A stretch of DNA of 64,000 bases from Octopus vulgaris (GCA_951406725.2 OX597815.1:173910001-173974000), one strand, 5' to 3'. Counted from the stretch's first letter, positions 13,521 through 27,505 are shown. The notes: generated by a model from the sequence alone, not told the origin. Numbers and translations: made by a program.

Positions 13521-14133
13521 TCTAATATATAAAACAGATGTGTGTGTATTCACTTTTCACGTGAAAATGGCTTCACTAATTGCTTCCATATTTGGGATGC
13601 AGGAATAATTTGACTTTGGACACATGTTAGGCTCTTGATTTGATTTTTTTTATTAAAAATAAATAATATTGCTTTATATATATGATTCATTTCTTTAAAA
13701 AGGTTCCTCAATGTCAACTTCCGATATTGATGTAGCAATGGCAAAATTTTCCGTTTTCATTTGCCAAATCTCACTCTCCATTTTGATGTTTTCATTTCAA
13801 GTTTTGATTCACTATTTTTAAGCAACTACAATAAATTTCTGAAAGAAATATTTACTAAGTTCACAAATTTAAACATTCGGCAGAGGAGCTTTTCATTTCA
13901 TGTTTATTTCATTCATTGCAATGTTCTCCCCCCCCCACACACACACACACACAAAAAAAAAAACCAGTCACAAATACATACATGTTTTTGTAAGTACATT
14001 TGTATACATTTATGTATGTATGTTTGTGAGAGAGAGTCAAGGAGTGTGTTGTCATGTATTTGTACATACATAAATACATATGCATAAAACTTTTTGTATT
14101 ATGTGTGAGAGAGTGATGTCTAAGTGGCATTCA

Positions 14134-14165
<32 letters not shown>

Positions 14166-15590
14166 TACAAAAAAGATGTATGCATATTTATGTATGTACG
14201 TATACATGACAACACCCCTTCTCTCTTTCCCTCTCTCGCTCACACACACAGCCAGTTCAACTGATGCTTGATATTCTGTGTGTATGTGTGTGCATGCGTG
14301 GGTGTTCCACAATTGCTATTTATTTCAATTACTCTCGTGAACATATTCAAGTAACTCATTTTTTTCATTTAATCCCCATTTTAATTATCGAAAAAGTTTC
14401 CGAGAACAATGTTCTCACACTCTACAAGAGAAGTCGGGGTAAATGCAGACGATCAGTATTCTACAGTGAAGACAAGTACAGGTAGCCAGAGTCAATGTTG
14501 AATTCTGCAACTCTGTTAACTCTATTAAGTATGTTTGCAAATATATAAACAAAGATTTAGATGCTGCAACATACACTCTTATGCAGAATGGCAGTCAGCA
14601 GGTAAATAAAATTGATGAGGATGCACAGTATGACAGAGGAAGAGACATCAGTACCAATGAATCTTTTTGGCACATCTTCAATTTTCCCACTCATGAGAAG
14701 CACCCAGGTATCATTCATCTGAGAGTCCATCTAGAGAATGATCACAGGGTTTTCTTTACAAAACAAACAGCCTTGCAAGAAGCACTTTCTCCAAAAGAAA
14801 GTGTCTTTATTGCTTTTTTTAAGTTGTGTCAAGTAATGAAGATGCAAGAAAACTCCTTTACCCACAATTACACAAGTATTACACCTGTAGAAATAATTAC
14901 GTCTCCTTTTGCATGAAGTACGTCGTCCCAGATCATTCCAAGATTAAAGGAGGATAGATCATGTGTGTGAAACTTATAGAGAAGCATGCTAGCAACAATG
15001 TTTTGTTTTTTGAAAATGATGAACATTGGGACCTTTCATTGACTGAATCATCAGTATCAGACTCTCCAAGGAAACTCCGTAACCTTTTTGTAATTATACT
15101 GAACATGTGTCAACTTGGCAGTCCCCTACAGCTTTGGATGAAACATTGCGAGGACATGGCTGAGGACTTAAAGTATGCAGTTTAACAGGCAAACCCAGAT
15201 ATCAATATTCAGTTCTTTGAAACAATTTTTAACCAAGCACTGATTGAAATTAAGGATCAAGTTTTGGTCATGGGAGGCAAAAATTTGCAAGAGTCTGGCT
15301 CCAGATTGCCAAAAGCAAACTGTCAAATTAGTGATTTAACTTCAAGCGACATAGCAAGAAAGACAAATAATGACATCACAAACCTGGCTGCATTTGTGAA
15401 TGAACATGAACCTAAACTTTTTCCAGAACAACACTGTGCATATAAAATTTTTCATTATAATTATTATTTTTCTTTGTATTATGAATTCAGAAATGATTTC
15501 CCAATTGAAGAATAAATTCAATTTAGAATAACAAATTTCTATAAAGCAAATATAAGGAACAATTTAATTCCCGGGCATTGCCAAGTTCAG
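13521..15590 (+). mobile_element. Helitron relic with RepHel coding remnants (~14480-15450)
   Basis: 5' A|TCTAATATATAAAA terminus; NVEFCNSVNSIKYVCKYINK and GRDISTNESFWHIFNFPTHEKHPGIIHLRVHLENDHRVFF match Helitron Rep/helicase; degenerate 3' hairpin cccgggcattgcc near 15570. Confidence 0.85.
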
Positions 15591-15949
15591 AATAATTTTT
15601 CCATCATCTTGGCTTAACAGCCCTCACCATTTGTTTTTACTTTTTTATTGTGTTTACTGTTTTGTTCTTACTGTCCTGTCCTTGTTGCCACTTTTATCCT
15701 CTGCAAAAAATCTCAAATTTTATTTAATTTGCTTTGCAGGAAGGACTGTTTCAATGAAGTCGCGTCTTGTCCATGCCTTCAAAACGTGGAGTAGTTGAAA
15801 CAGGGACAACTGAAGAAGGGGAATATTCTTTATGTTGTATGTCTCGTTTCTCTGTTTGTTTCTTTTTTTTGTTGTTGTTCGAAAAAAGTTCGTTTCTATA
15901 TTTTTGTTTTTATGTTTTCGTTTCTCTTTGTGTTTAACGTTTTTTGATG

Positions 15950-16047
15950 TCCTGTACCCATATATGCATCTGTATATATACATATATATGTAGGTATGTA
16001 CATATATGTATGTATATATGCATATATTTATATATTATTTATATTAT

Positions 16048-16087
<40 letters not shown>

Positions 16088-16568
16088 ACTATGCAGACAG
16101 ACAGACAGATATTTTACTTATTTCCGTCATTAGACTGCAGACAGACTGGGGCACCACCTTGAAGAATTTTAATCAAATTGACCTTAGTACTTGTTTTTTA
16201 AAGCCTGGTACTTATTCTACTAGCTTCTTTTGCTGCTTGTCAAATATATTCATTTTGCATACATATATATGCACACACATGCACGTACATCTGTATATAC
16301 ATAGATCTACACACGCAATATACATATACACACACACACACACACATAAACACCTTTATCTACTTTTTCCTACTTGCATGAATCAGATGGAGTTTATTGA
16401 AAGAAATTTTTCTACAGACAGATGCCAATGCTGTCACCAATGCTTATTTGTTTCCAAACAAAGCAATATTTCCCTATAAAGAGACGTTTTTACAGAATGG
16501 AAATGAATGACATTCACTTACAGCAATCACACAATGTCAAGGCAAGAAGACAAATATACACACCCACT

Positions 16569-16603
<35 letters not shown>

Positions 16604-17899
16604 TTATATACCCACACACAAATGTATAAATAATGGGTTTCTTTCAGTTTCTATCTATTAAATCCACTCATAAATACAATTTATCAAGGTCAACAAAGTT
16701 GGACTGAATCCAAATCCAGGTGGTTGACAAGCAAAATTCTTACCCCCTCCCCGCCACATGTCTTTAAATATGTATGTATCTATACTTACATACACACATC
16801 CACATTATATACAGAAAACACATCTATATATATATATATATACACATACACACATCCACATTATATACAGAAAACACATCTATATATATATATATATACA
16901 CATACACACATATACATACGCACACATACATACACACACATTCTAGAGAGACGAAAAGGTACACAAGTCGATATAGATCGATATACATAAACACACACGT
17001 CAATAGGCGCAGGTATGGGTGTGTGCCTCAAGCCATGCTCTGCATGTGTGTGCGTGTAGTAAAGAAATTCACTTTGTTACCTTGGGGCAAAACGTCTTCT
17101 ATAATAAACCCTTACACAACGATAGTGCACCCGGTTAAAAAAAAAAACTTGAAGCATAGTGTGTGTGTGTGTGTATCCTTGTTTACATGTTCGCTGCTCC
17201 GAAAACCACGAACTACTAGGGGTGATATTAAACAAATTTTCTGCTGGCCTTGCACTCTCAAAAGATGCGTGAAGATAGAGAACGCTTAGTTGAAAAACAA
17301 CTAAGAATAGCTTCAGGAGGTCCATTTGGATGAAAATATATGTCTCAATAATATAATCATCTAACCCAAGCAAGCACGGGAAAAAGTTCGTAAAAACCGA
17401 ATGAACGAATAGACAAATATGTCTATGTGTGTGTGTGTCGTGTTTACGTGTGCATGTTTACATCCCTGTAACTTAGTGGTTTAGCATAAAATGAACAAGA
17501 GTAAGTACTCGGTTAAAAATAAGTACTCATATCGAATTAAACCCTTTATGATAATACTCCAGCATGGTCTAATGAAATAAAAATGTAAAATAATAAAATT
17601 ATGCACAAACACACACACGTCTGTATATGTATATAGCCTATATATGTACCTATGTTTATATATATAATAGTAATAATAATAATATGACAACAAAAGAATG
17701 AATGAGACCTCGATATTATGTAAAATAGAGGAATTTATCTATAAATATAATATGTGACAATTAGTTGGTTGTCATAATAAAACTCAGTTTCGGAAACTGG
17801 GGCTAAAGTCTGCTGCAGACTTCAGCCCCGGTATCCCATATTGAGTTTATTATGACAACCAACTAATTGTCACACACACACGTGTGTATGTATATATAA

Positions 17900-17938
<39 letters not shown>

Positions 17939-18163
17939 ATGTATATACATATATGTTATGTATGTATGTATATTTATGTGTGTGTATATATATATATGTG
18001 TGTGTGTGTGTGTATATATGTGTGTATATAGATAGTGTATGTATATATATGTGTGTGTATGTATATATATGTGTGTGTGTATATGTGTGTGTATATGTGT
18101 GTATATATGTGTGTGCATATATGTGTGTGTGTGTGTGTATATTTATATGTGTGTGTATATATA

Positions 18164-18216
<53 letters not shown>

Positions 18217-18841
18217 CCTTGGTGTGCGTGTTTGTACACACAACATACACCACCACCAACTGCTGTTTGCGTCTACAATCAAAAGTTGTCATTATGTGCA
18301 AAATAAAATTTAAGAATAAAAATAATCACACACAAACGAAAAAGACATAGATCAAGTAGAAAATTCGATTGAAAACAGTCAGACGGTAGTAGCAGAACGT
18401 AGGAAACAAAATAATAGGCAATTCGATTGAACTTATAAGAAACAAATAGCTTTAACAGTATACTATCATGCGAACTAAATATTCTATCATGTTGCATTCA
18501 AAAACTGTTTAAACTATAAAATTATCAAGTGATTAGCTAACAAATAATCCAGCATTTGCACTGAGATCATTTTTCGATTTGATTAAATTTTTTTTTATAT
18601 ATAAATCAAATTGTTGGAAATATATTTTAAGGGCATTTCTTTTTTTTTTTTTTCTTAACCTAATTTAGATCGAAGCACTCATCTTTTACACAAAACAAAT
18701 CAATATCTAATTAACTAAGTTGCATCGGTAACAAACAGTATCGTATATTGAAACTAACCAAGGCAAAGTGTAGGGCTTAGTGGACTATAAATTAGGAATG
18801 TTTTCAAGCTAAAATACACTGCTACACGTGTGTATACAGAC

Positions 18842-18922
<81 letters not shown>

Positions 18923-19200
18923 TAGGTAGATAGATAGATATATAGATATACATATATATATACACACACTTATTCTCTAAACTCAAGTTTGTAATAGATT
19001 ATTAGATAAGTGATGCAAGTTAATAACTACAATTAACATATGCCATCTATTGCAATACAAACTGAATACAGACTAACATTAAATAAAGGTACATGCATGT
19101 GTGTGTGTATATCTATCTATATATATATATATACATACACATATACAAATGTATGTACGTACGTATGTATGTACGTATGTGTGTGTTATTTACGACATTA
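15950..19200. repeat. Dense (TA)n/(CA)n/(TG)n/(TAGA)n microsatellite zone with SINE family B fragments
   Basis: Directly visible simple repeats; ~57 bp unit duplicated within 16788-16900; overlapping YI/CV/TH-rich ORFs are repeat artefacts. Confidence 0.9.
17753..17874. repeat. 122 bp near-perfect palindrome
   Basis: tgtgacaattagttggttgtcataataaa (29 nt) has an exact reverse complement at the right end; centre aagtctgc-t-gcagactt. Confidence 0.95.
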
Positions 19201-21589
19201 GAAAAAGAAATATTACATTTTTAATTGAATGTATTTGCTCGGATCACTATGTCGGATACAATTTTTTCCCCGAATCAAAATTTTCATACCCTCTTACAGA
19301 AATTTTTATGAAAAAGTTTTTTTGTTTTCTTTTAGGAAAGAGAAAGAACGAGAGAATTAAATATAACTCGTTGCCGTGAGTTAGTCATGTTTGCTTGTTA
19401 CAGTGGCTGATAATTCTACATAAAACAAAATTAACACCTTGACCTTGTTTGGGAAGCTGGAACTAGATATTACAAAGTTCCCGACCGGAACACAATGCCA
19501 GAACAATCCCAAATACCAACATTTAATAATTGCCAAAACTTTTGCCACGAAAATACATCTACCTATAGATGTGTAACTTGGAATGCATGTATAAATACAA
19601 ATTACATCTAAATTCAACGAGAAAATTTTCAATCTTGCTTGAATTAAAAAAAGATAATAATTAAAAGAAGAAAAAAATCAAAAATAAACGTTGTGAAGTA
19701 TTGAAGTGCATTTTATAATTAAGATTTTCCAATTTTCCTTGTTATCGTTTCAAATGATACAGGATAAATGAAAAGAAAGATGAAAATAAACAATATTTTT
19801 GATTGAAAGATACAGAATAATAGTTACCTTATCAATTAAAATATGTAACTTGCTATAGTATATCAAATGCATTTTAAGATCAACAAGTTATAAAATACTA
19901 TGAGTGGATTTTAGATTTCATATTGATAGCTGAATATTAAACGAGATGATTTCACACAAACAGTACTTTCTCTATAAAAATATAACCAAGTTACAGTTTA
20001 ATGATACTGGTTGGATTAAAGCTCGAAAACTAAGTGATTAAACTAAATACTCTTAATGCATATCTAACCAGGCGTTCTGACGCTTCTGTCACCACGACAT
20101 AAAAACGATGTCTAGCACCTTCCCCAATTTCCATCGTATCGTCTGCTTCCATATCGTTAGTCAATGTCACAGTAAAAGTTTGTACTTTCCCCTAAAAACA
20201 GCCAAATCTATTCAGAAATATAGAATAGTAAACAAGCCGCACATATAACAATACATCTCAATTAGGTTACACATAAAAAATGCTAGTAAATACAATTTTA
20301 AATAATAGTGACTGTTTTAAATTTATTTCTTTATTTTTAACCAACAACGATTTGGGACAGAAGGATTTAACGTTTACGGGGAATGTGATTTGATTGCATG
20401 ACTATAATGCCTAGCTGAAAAATGTTAACAGCGAATGTAAATTAGCTTCGATCGAAAATCGAACACCAATATTTATTGAAGCTACTGAATTTGTAAGGAT
20501 ACAAATTAAGACTTCCAACATTCTTTATAAAAGTCTTTCATACTTCAAGTACCTTTTTTCTTAGCTACAAACAACACCCAAGAAAAAAAAGTAAGCGATG
20601 TTCAAAGTCAACAAAACTACAGAATAGTAAGATGATAAGCAGAAATTTGAGAACGAAAGAAAGGCCCCACTAAATTTAGTCTTGTTTGGTGAAAAAAAAC
20701 TATAAGAAATTACCAGATAAAACAAATGTTAAGCAAAAACAAAAATTAAAATACTTTTACGAGAAAATATCGTCCAAAAAAAGAATCAGAAAACAAACAG
20801 GATAAAAATATCAATGAACGTATGAATGCGTTGTGTAAGTGCATATCACTTAACTCGTCCATGTTATTCAAGCTCATCCATCCCACCTTAAGACATAGAT
20901 ACTGACATTTTGTACCTTTTTTTTTCGTAATTCATATTTGCTTAAATCAAAGCTATAAAATAGAACACAGAAGTCTGGTGAGAAAACGTATAACAAGTCT
21001 ATAATCCTTGGATGGAGTTAATGCAATGAGACTGGTTTCTGCTGTACGTTCAAATCTGTTACAGGTGTTTGTTAAATGGAACTTTTAAACCACCATTCTG
21101 CATTGGATATGTTCGCTTAAACGTGGGGAATAAATTTGCATTTCAACTTCATAAAGACTATAGAGAAAAGTATCAAATCTTTCAAATAAAGTTTCTCTTA
21201 CCCAACATTTTCAAAAATTTGTACCGAAACTCGATAAACGATGAAAATTTTCCATTGTTATCTATTGTGATTAGAGTTAACAGTTGTTTCCTTGATATGA
21301 GAGATGTTAAATTTGAGGAAAGAAATCAATGTAGATTATGCCAAACAAACGTTACAAAAGACACACACCTTTGTTGACAAAAGCAAGTTTCTCACAAAAT
21401 ATTGACATCTACATATTTCTCAAGAAGTATCAACATATAAAACATATAAAAAGGACATTTGACAACTGTCATTTGCAACTTACGAAAAAAATTATTGTGT
21501 GTGCCTAAGTACAGCATAAGCATTTTACATATGTAATAAAGGATTTTCACATCTAGCGAGTTGAAAATTTGATCAACTGAGATTATTCA

Positions 21590-22140
21590 AGCAATTTGTA
21601 GGCAAAACTTCCTGAGAACTTTCAAAATGTAAAAACAAGAAATTACTCCAATACAAACGGTTAACCGAAATTTTTTGGACAGTATAAACAAAAAAAAATT
21701 GGAGTGGATCCAGTCTCTAAAGTAAACCGGCGAAAGCAATTGACAGGCTTCTTGTAATATCAATTGTCTTAAAAAACATTCTGCTCTGTTAGTATTACTA
21801 AGAGTGATCATTATTTAAAGAAATAAAAGGAATGTAGTGACACAGATAATATCAACAGTAAGACTGAGAAAAAATACACCAAGAGAATGTTCTGCAAAGG
21901 ATCACTACAATTTGCCTATTTCTAAACGTATTGTCTTGCCAAGTAAAATGTTTTGCTGAAAAGGCCTAAAACCAGAATGTGTCCCATGGCTTTCACCAGT
22001 TGACTTTAAACACCAGATCCACTCCAATTTGCACTATCTGTATTGTCCAAGAATTTCAATCGACTGATCTTATTGCAGTTATCTCCCTTGATTGCTTAAA
22101 TGTTTAGACGCACTTAAATGAGGTTTTACCCACTAATAAA
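21590..22140. mobile_element. Degenerate foldback/MITE-like inverted repeat
   Basis: aaattggagtggatccagtctctaaagtaaaccggcgaaagc vs reverse complement of gctttcaccagttgactttaaacaccagatccactccaattt; similarity continues outward. Confidence 0.65.
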
Positions 22141-22384
22141 TATTTCAGATGACAAAAATGTTTGTAACGAACATGTGGGATCATGCCGTATTTAGATTTG
22201 ATAAAAATAAAGTTTCCGAGGTATTTACTCTCAACCATGTTAATAAGCACATTATCTGACAGATATTTTCTGAGTTGGAGTTTTTTTTTTGGGGGGGGGG
22301 GGTTAAAATAGTTACTAATGACAGTTATAAAATGGATGGTTAATGTGGGTGAATACAGAAACTGAAACTATTTAAGTGATAAAC

Positions 22385-22747
22385 ATAGGAGTGGCTGGGT
22401 GGTAAGTAGCTTGCTTACCAACCACATGGTTCCAGGTTCAGTCTCACTGCGTGGCACCTTGGGCAAGTGGTACCTCGGGTCGACCAAAGCCTTATGAATG
22501 GCTTTGGTAAAGGGAAACTGAAAGAAACCCGTCGTATATATGTGTGTCTGTTTGTCCCCCCAACATCGCTTGACAACCGATGCTGGTGTGTTTACGTCTC
22601 CGTAACTTAGCGGTTCGGCAAAAGAGACCGATAGAATAAGTACTAGGCTTACAACGAATAAGTCCTGGGGTCGATTTGCTCGACTAAAGGCGGTGCTCCA
22701 GCATGGCCATAGTCAAATGACTGAAACAAGTAAAAGAAAGATAAAGA
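22385..22747 (+). mobile_element. Near full-length tRNA-derived SINE (family B; resembles octopus OR-type SINEs)
   Basis: A-box-like gtggctgggtggtaag, B-box-like ggttcagtctc, ggcaccttgggcaagt core, A-rich tail; collinear with the copy at 51264. Confidence 0.85.
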
Positions 22748-25454
22748 ACTGCAACCACCGTTGCAATTAAATTTAGTGCTTAAAAATCATAGTAATCAAA
22801 ATTAATTTTTCCCTATCAAATAAAGGAGTGATAACATTTATGATCGAGAAGTTAAAAAAAGTTACAAAAATGAAAAAACAAAAACTTTTTAACATTTTGT
22901 AGTAAAGGAATTTCGACATACTACCAAATAATTGGAGATTTCTAAAAAATAAAAAATAATTTTAAAATTTGAAATTAATGTGACTGATAATTTACAAATA
23001 AAGAAAATTTCCGGAGGTGGCGGAGAAAAACATTATGTATTGATGTGCAGTAAAAATAATATTCTTATATATAAAGTAATTAAAACTGGCTGATATGACT
23101 ATCAGACAATCGACAACATAATGGCCACAGTGTAAAAGATTGATTTAAAATGCGACTATAATTGTATATATTGGTCCCCGTTGTAACCACCATAGTGACT
23201 TTCATCTAAGAAGCGATAAACAAAACACGTGCTAATATTTATGTTATTAAATGACAATAAAGTGACGATAAAACAATCAAAACTCAATGAGGAAAACTAT
23301 TTCATGTTAAAACCATAGACACTGACAAGAAAGCGGCATTTTTTCATAGAGAAGTCAAGAGTTAACGTTTTCAAATGACAGGTGTAAATCATACAGGTTT
23401 CTTACCTTTCACTGTTACTTTCATGATGGCGCCTTTATAGTCATGTGACTTATTCTCACAACATTCAATCATTTAAACGTTCTCGCACCCACCTTCTCAC
23501 TCATACATATATTGTGCATGTTTTCTAACATAAAACTACTTTCTTTCTATTTGTTTTTCTCTCACACACAACTACACATTCACTTTCTGTCTCCCTTTGT
23601 CGTTTTTTTTTCTCTTTTCGTCACCATATTATCCCTCCCATTTTCTATCATTTACACTTCTTTTCTCATCCTGTCTTTCTCTCCATGCATTTACTTATAA
23701 TTCATTTTCTATAGTTTGCGCTTCAGCTTTATCTAAATTTGTAATCTTGTTTTCTCTCCTTCCATATATTATTACGCTTTCTGACATTCTGAAATTATAT
23801 GTAATTCTCTGGGTGTTAATTCAAGTAAATTTATCTACTATATCTCTCTATTCGGTTTTTCTTTCTCTCTCCATCAGTATCTTACTCTCTCCACCTCTAT
23901 CCCTACACAATCCATTCCTTGCATTTTAACCAACTTCGAATTAAAAACACCCTCATTTATAATGTGTCCACTTGCTGTAAATGAATGACAACTTTACAAA
24001 CTTGTCGCTGTGTGAATTTTGTGTAGTGTTTAGAAGTAAACTTCCGGGTTGGAAACAAATTAAAGATATAGTAAAACATTTTGTTTCAACAAAAAATCGA
24101 ATAGCATCTTGAAACAACTTTAATAATATGTAGCAGGTAAACTTCGCATGAGTTATGAATAAGTTAGCGGTTTAGTGAAAGCGAGAGAGAGAGATGCGTG
24201 TTATAGTAATCACTTCTAAGAGTTCAAAATGAAAACTTTCAGACGATCAACTTACAAACATACAATTATACATAAATATGAATAAAACAAACATAAGTAT
24301 GAACAAAACAAAAACACCTTTACCTAAACCAAAAGCAACAGGATTTGTAATCATGCAAGGAAGTCTATTGTCTAGAACTAAGAGAAGGGTTGTTATTTCG
24401 AATATTCTTCTATTACAAATAGTTTCTCGGTTATTTCAAGACTTTTTCGATATATTTAGACTTCAGAAAGATATCTCAGATTCTTATTCGCCAAGCAAAT
24501 AGATAATGAAACACAATCTACACAATGTGAGTTATGACTTAGCAAATAAAATTTATCGAGGAAAAGAATGAAAGTTCAGAGAGAAAAGCCCCTTTGGCCA
24601 TCGGCTACGCCATAATCACTAGATGTTTGCAATTAATATTCTCTGAGTTGTAGAGTATTAATTGAGTCATAACAAGAAAGAGTTCATTTCGTACCCTGCA
24701 TTTTTTCTTCAACTTATAAGAATTTAAATATAATGGGGACAATATATCGTAACTAGATGTAATATCTGACATCTTACCGACAACTTGTGATCTCGACAAA
24801 ACAGTAATGTGAAATCCTTAAGTCTCCAGTAAGCGTTTTATGGAAGCAAATGGAGATGATGCATCAGCAAAAGAGGCTCATTTATAAATGTTCCTTTACC
24901 CTGAAATGAAAGCCCTGCATTATCATAAATTTTCGCCAGCGTCAACAATCTGATTTTGATTCCCATTTGAAGCCATTACATTTTACTAAGGTTAATGATG
25001 TTATAGAGTACAGTATACATGCCATAACATACCTATAAATCTTCGGCATTTTATATCATATAATTGAATATATGTAGTTAATAAATTAACCTTGTAGAAG
25101 GCTGCGACGAAAAAGATATTAAAATTAGAGCAAACGTCTATTGACATCAGATCATTCTTCGCTAATCTGAAATATCCTGTCGCGAGGGGTAGCTGTCGCT
25201 TGTGTTGAGCTGGTCAAGGAAAACATACTTCAGAAGTAAGCGTCGCCATTGTCGAAATGGATAGCTTTATTAACATTGTTGTAGCGTACGTGTAGATGTC
25301 ATTGTTGGCTACGTGAATAATAATTGAAACTAACTAGCGAACAATTAACTTGATATTTATTGCCGGACATATTTGGTATTGGCTAATTACAGCGAACAAT
25401 ATTAATTGCCGACCGAGAGGAGAGGAAAACTACTTTGAAAATATAGAAAGCCAT

Positions 25455-25775
25455 CTGTGTGATATCATGCGGTCAGTCCAAAAATACACGAAGTCATTTG
25501 AGCAAATCTTCGCGACGATCTGTGGTGTCAGCGACCGTTAGCAGTCTGCATAACTAGAGACGCGCGAGTTAGCCGCCTTCAAGACATCTACGATTGATTG
25601 AGCGCCAAAACTGTTTTTATCGGGACAAGAAGTCAAATTTTAGGACATTCGAGAAAACCATACTACACCACAGCCTTACGCTGGTTGATCGATTTAAAGA
25701 CCGATCGCGTTAAACTGTGGTATCTAACCGAGTATCTCGCGGTTAGGGTTCGAATCCGCACCACAAACCTTTCAG
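25455..25775 (-). ncRNA. Structured ncRNA candidate (telomerase-RNA-like motif order; unproven)
   Basis: AACCCUAACC at 25750-25741; long hairpin 25721-25667 that pairs better on the minus strand (G-U pairs); UUUUCUCG; 7-bp helix GGCGGCU/GGUCGCU; ANANNA at 25528-25523; ACA at 25460-25458. Confidence 0.25.
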
Positions 25776-27208
25776 TTATTCACACTGTTACACGGATCAT
25801 GATATAGTGTCGAGGAACTCACTGATTTGTGTTAACTTTCACGACTTAAAGCAATTTCAAGCAACTTGCAGGATTACAGAAAAAAAAAGTTTGTCTGACT
25901 ACACGTCGCACAAGCAGTGGGAGTCAGGACAGATGAACATTGATACATATTTGGTATGTGGTGAGAAACTATAAGAATTCCTTTAACAAGTAGATTGGCC
26001 CTTGATAACACTATTATTAGGAAATAAATATTTATGAACATATATGTAATGTTTTATTTCATTGTTGCTGATTTTGTTCTGTTAACAGCTTAGCACATAC
26101 TACCTCCTCTTGTGTTAGCGTTATATCAAATAGTTTTTAAGATGTCGAAACCGCTCCTCGTTATAATTTTGTCAATCATTTCTTGGGTGCGGCTTATTCT
26201 TTCAGTCTTTTTTTGGCCTCCACTCTTCAGGTGTCAGGAAATGAACGAGTGATATTTTGTTCTCAGTATTCATTAAAATCTAAATATAGTTACATTAGCT
26301 TTCCCCCAAATAACCTATATTTATGCCAAGAATATGTCATCAAATAGTGTGCACGACTATGAAATGAAAGTGAGCAGAGAAATCTCTCAGCGTGGCCAGT
26401 AGCGTGCATTTAAAAGAAGATCAATAAGGGCATATTAAATATGATACAGGATAAATTCTCGATCTATTGAAATTATCTTCGCTTTCGGAAAAGATAGAAC
26501 AATCACTTGGTAGCAATTGGACGAACTCTAAATAAGGATGGAAGATAATCTCAAGAAACCAGAATTCTCCAAAATTGATATGCCATTTAGAAAACAGACA
26601 GTTAAATTTACCTAGACAATCTTCGAATTATAGATATAAATATATATGCTTGTATGAAGATCTTGTATAGTTTAATTTCCTTATGTGCAACAAGCATCCT
26701 TTTCTCTCCTGCATTTCAGTGCAAACAATGTGGTTATCTCGCAGAGCGATGTCAATACAGAAGCGATTGTTAACTGCATGACTATTTCAGAGTTCAGTTT
26801 CATTGCTGAGTTTCCAATTAAAGATGATTTTTGCTAAGTTCGTTCTTTCGTTTCTTTTTTTTAAATATTTAAAACCAAAAGTTTTTGCACTCCCCTACTT
26901 TGTATATCACCACTATCACAAACATTACTCTTGAAATACATAGTAATGGAAACAATACGACTAGAAGGTAAAATAAGTATAAAAATTTACTAATGTCTTA
27001 GCAACTTCGTTGACTGATCTGTTTCCGACAACTTTCATGCTTTTATGAATAGTATAGCCACGTCTCAAACGTATATTTAACATGTCTGTTCAGTGTACTC
27101 TGTTTTATTGCAAGTCATTTAGCAGCCGATATTTGATGGCCATGTGGTCATAGAACAGGTTCTATGTAATTAAGTAGAGCTTGGGGTAATTCAAGGCTTT
27201 TGAAACTA

Positions 27209-27349
27209 CAGTAATCCTTCGCCATGTCGCGGTTCACCTATTATTTAAACTTGCGTCGATTCCTCCGTGGTGTTGTTTTGCATTTATAATAAATAAAAAT
27301 ATAAAAACTATAAAAAAATTTATTTTGTTTATTTTCATAAAGCTTCCCG

Positions 27350-27412
<63 letters not shown>

Positions 27413-27505
27413 TATATATATATATAGTACTGTTTCTACTTCGCGGATTTTCACCTATGGCGGGGTGTTTGGAACGTAATACCTGCGATAGTCGAGGGGT
27501 TACTG
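27209..27505. mobile_element. pogo/Tigger-like MITE with TA target duplication
   Basis: TA|CAGTAATCCTTCG ... CGAGGGGTTACTG|TA terminal inverted repeats; internal (TA)n. Confidence 0.8.

Noticed and set aside
15944-19379. Many long overlapping ORFs rich in Y/I/C/V/T/H
   Set aside because: Translations of dinucleotide microsatellites, not genes
23063-23940. Possible non-autonomous Helitron (TCTTATATATAAA start, pyrimidine-rich body; similar texture at 41640-42150)
   Set aside because: No 3' hairpin/CTAG found, and the hydrophobic ORFs are compositional artefacts
24325-24900. Minus-strand acceptor/donor pair suggesting an exon
   Set aside because: No reading frame found open across the interval; no other support
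25667-25765. tRNA gene or 7SK RNA (B-box GGTTCGAATCC; paired GATC motifs)
   Set aside because: No cloverleaf or proper T-stem; no 7SK 5' GGAUG motif or clear poly-T terminator
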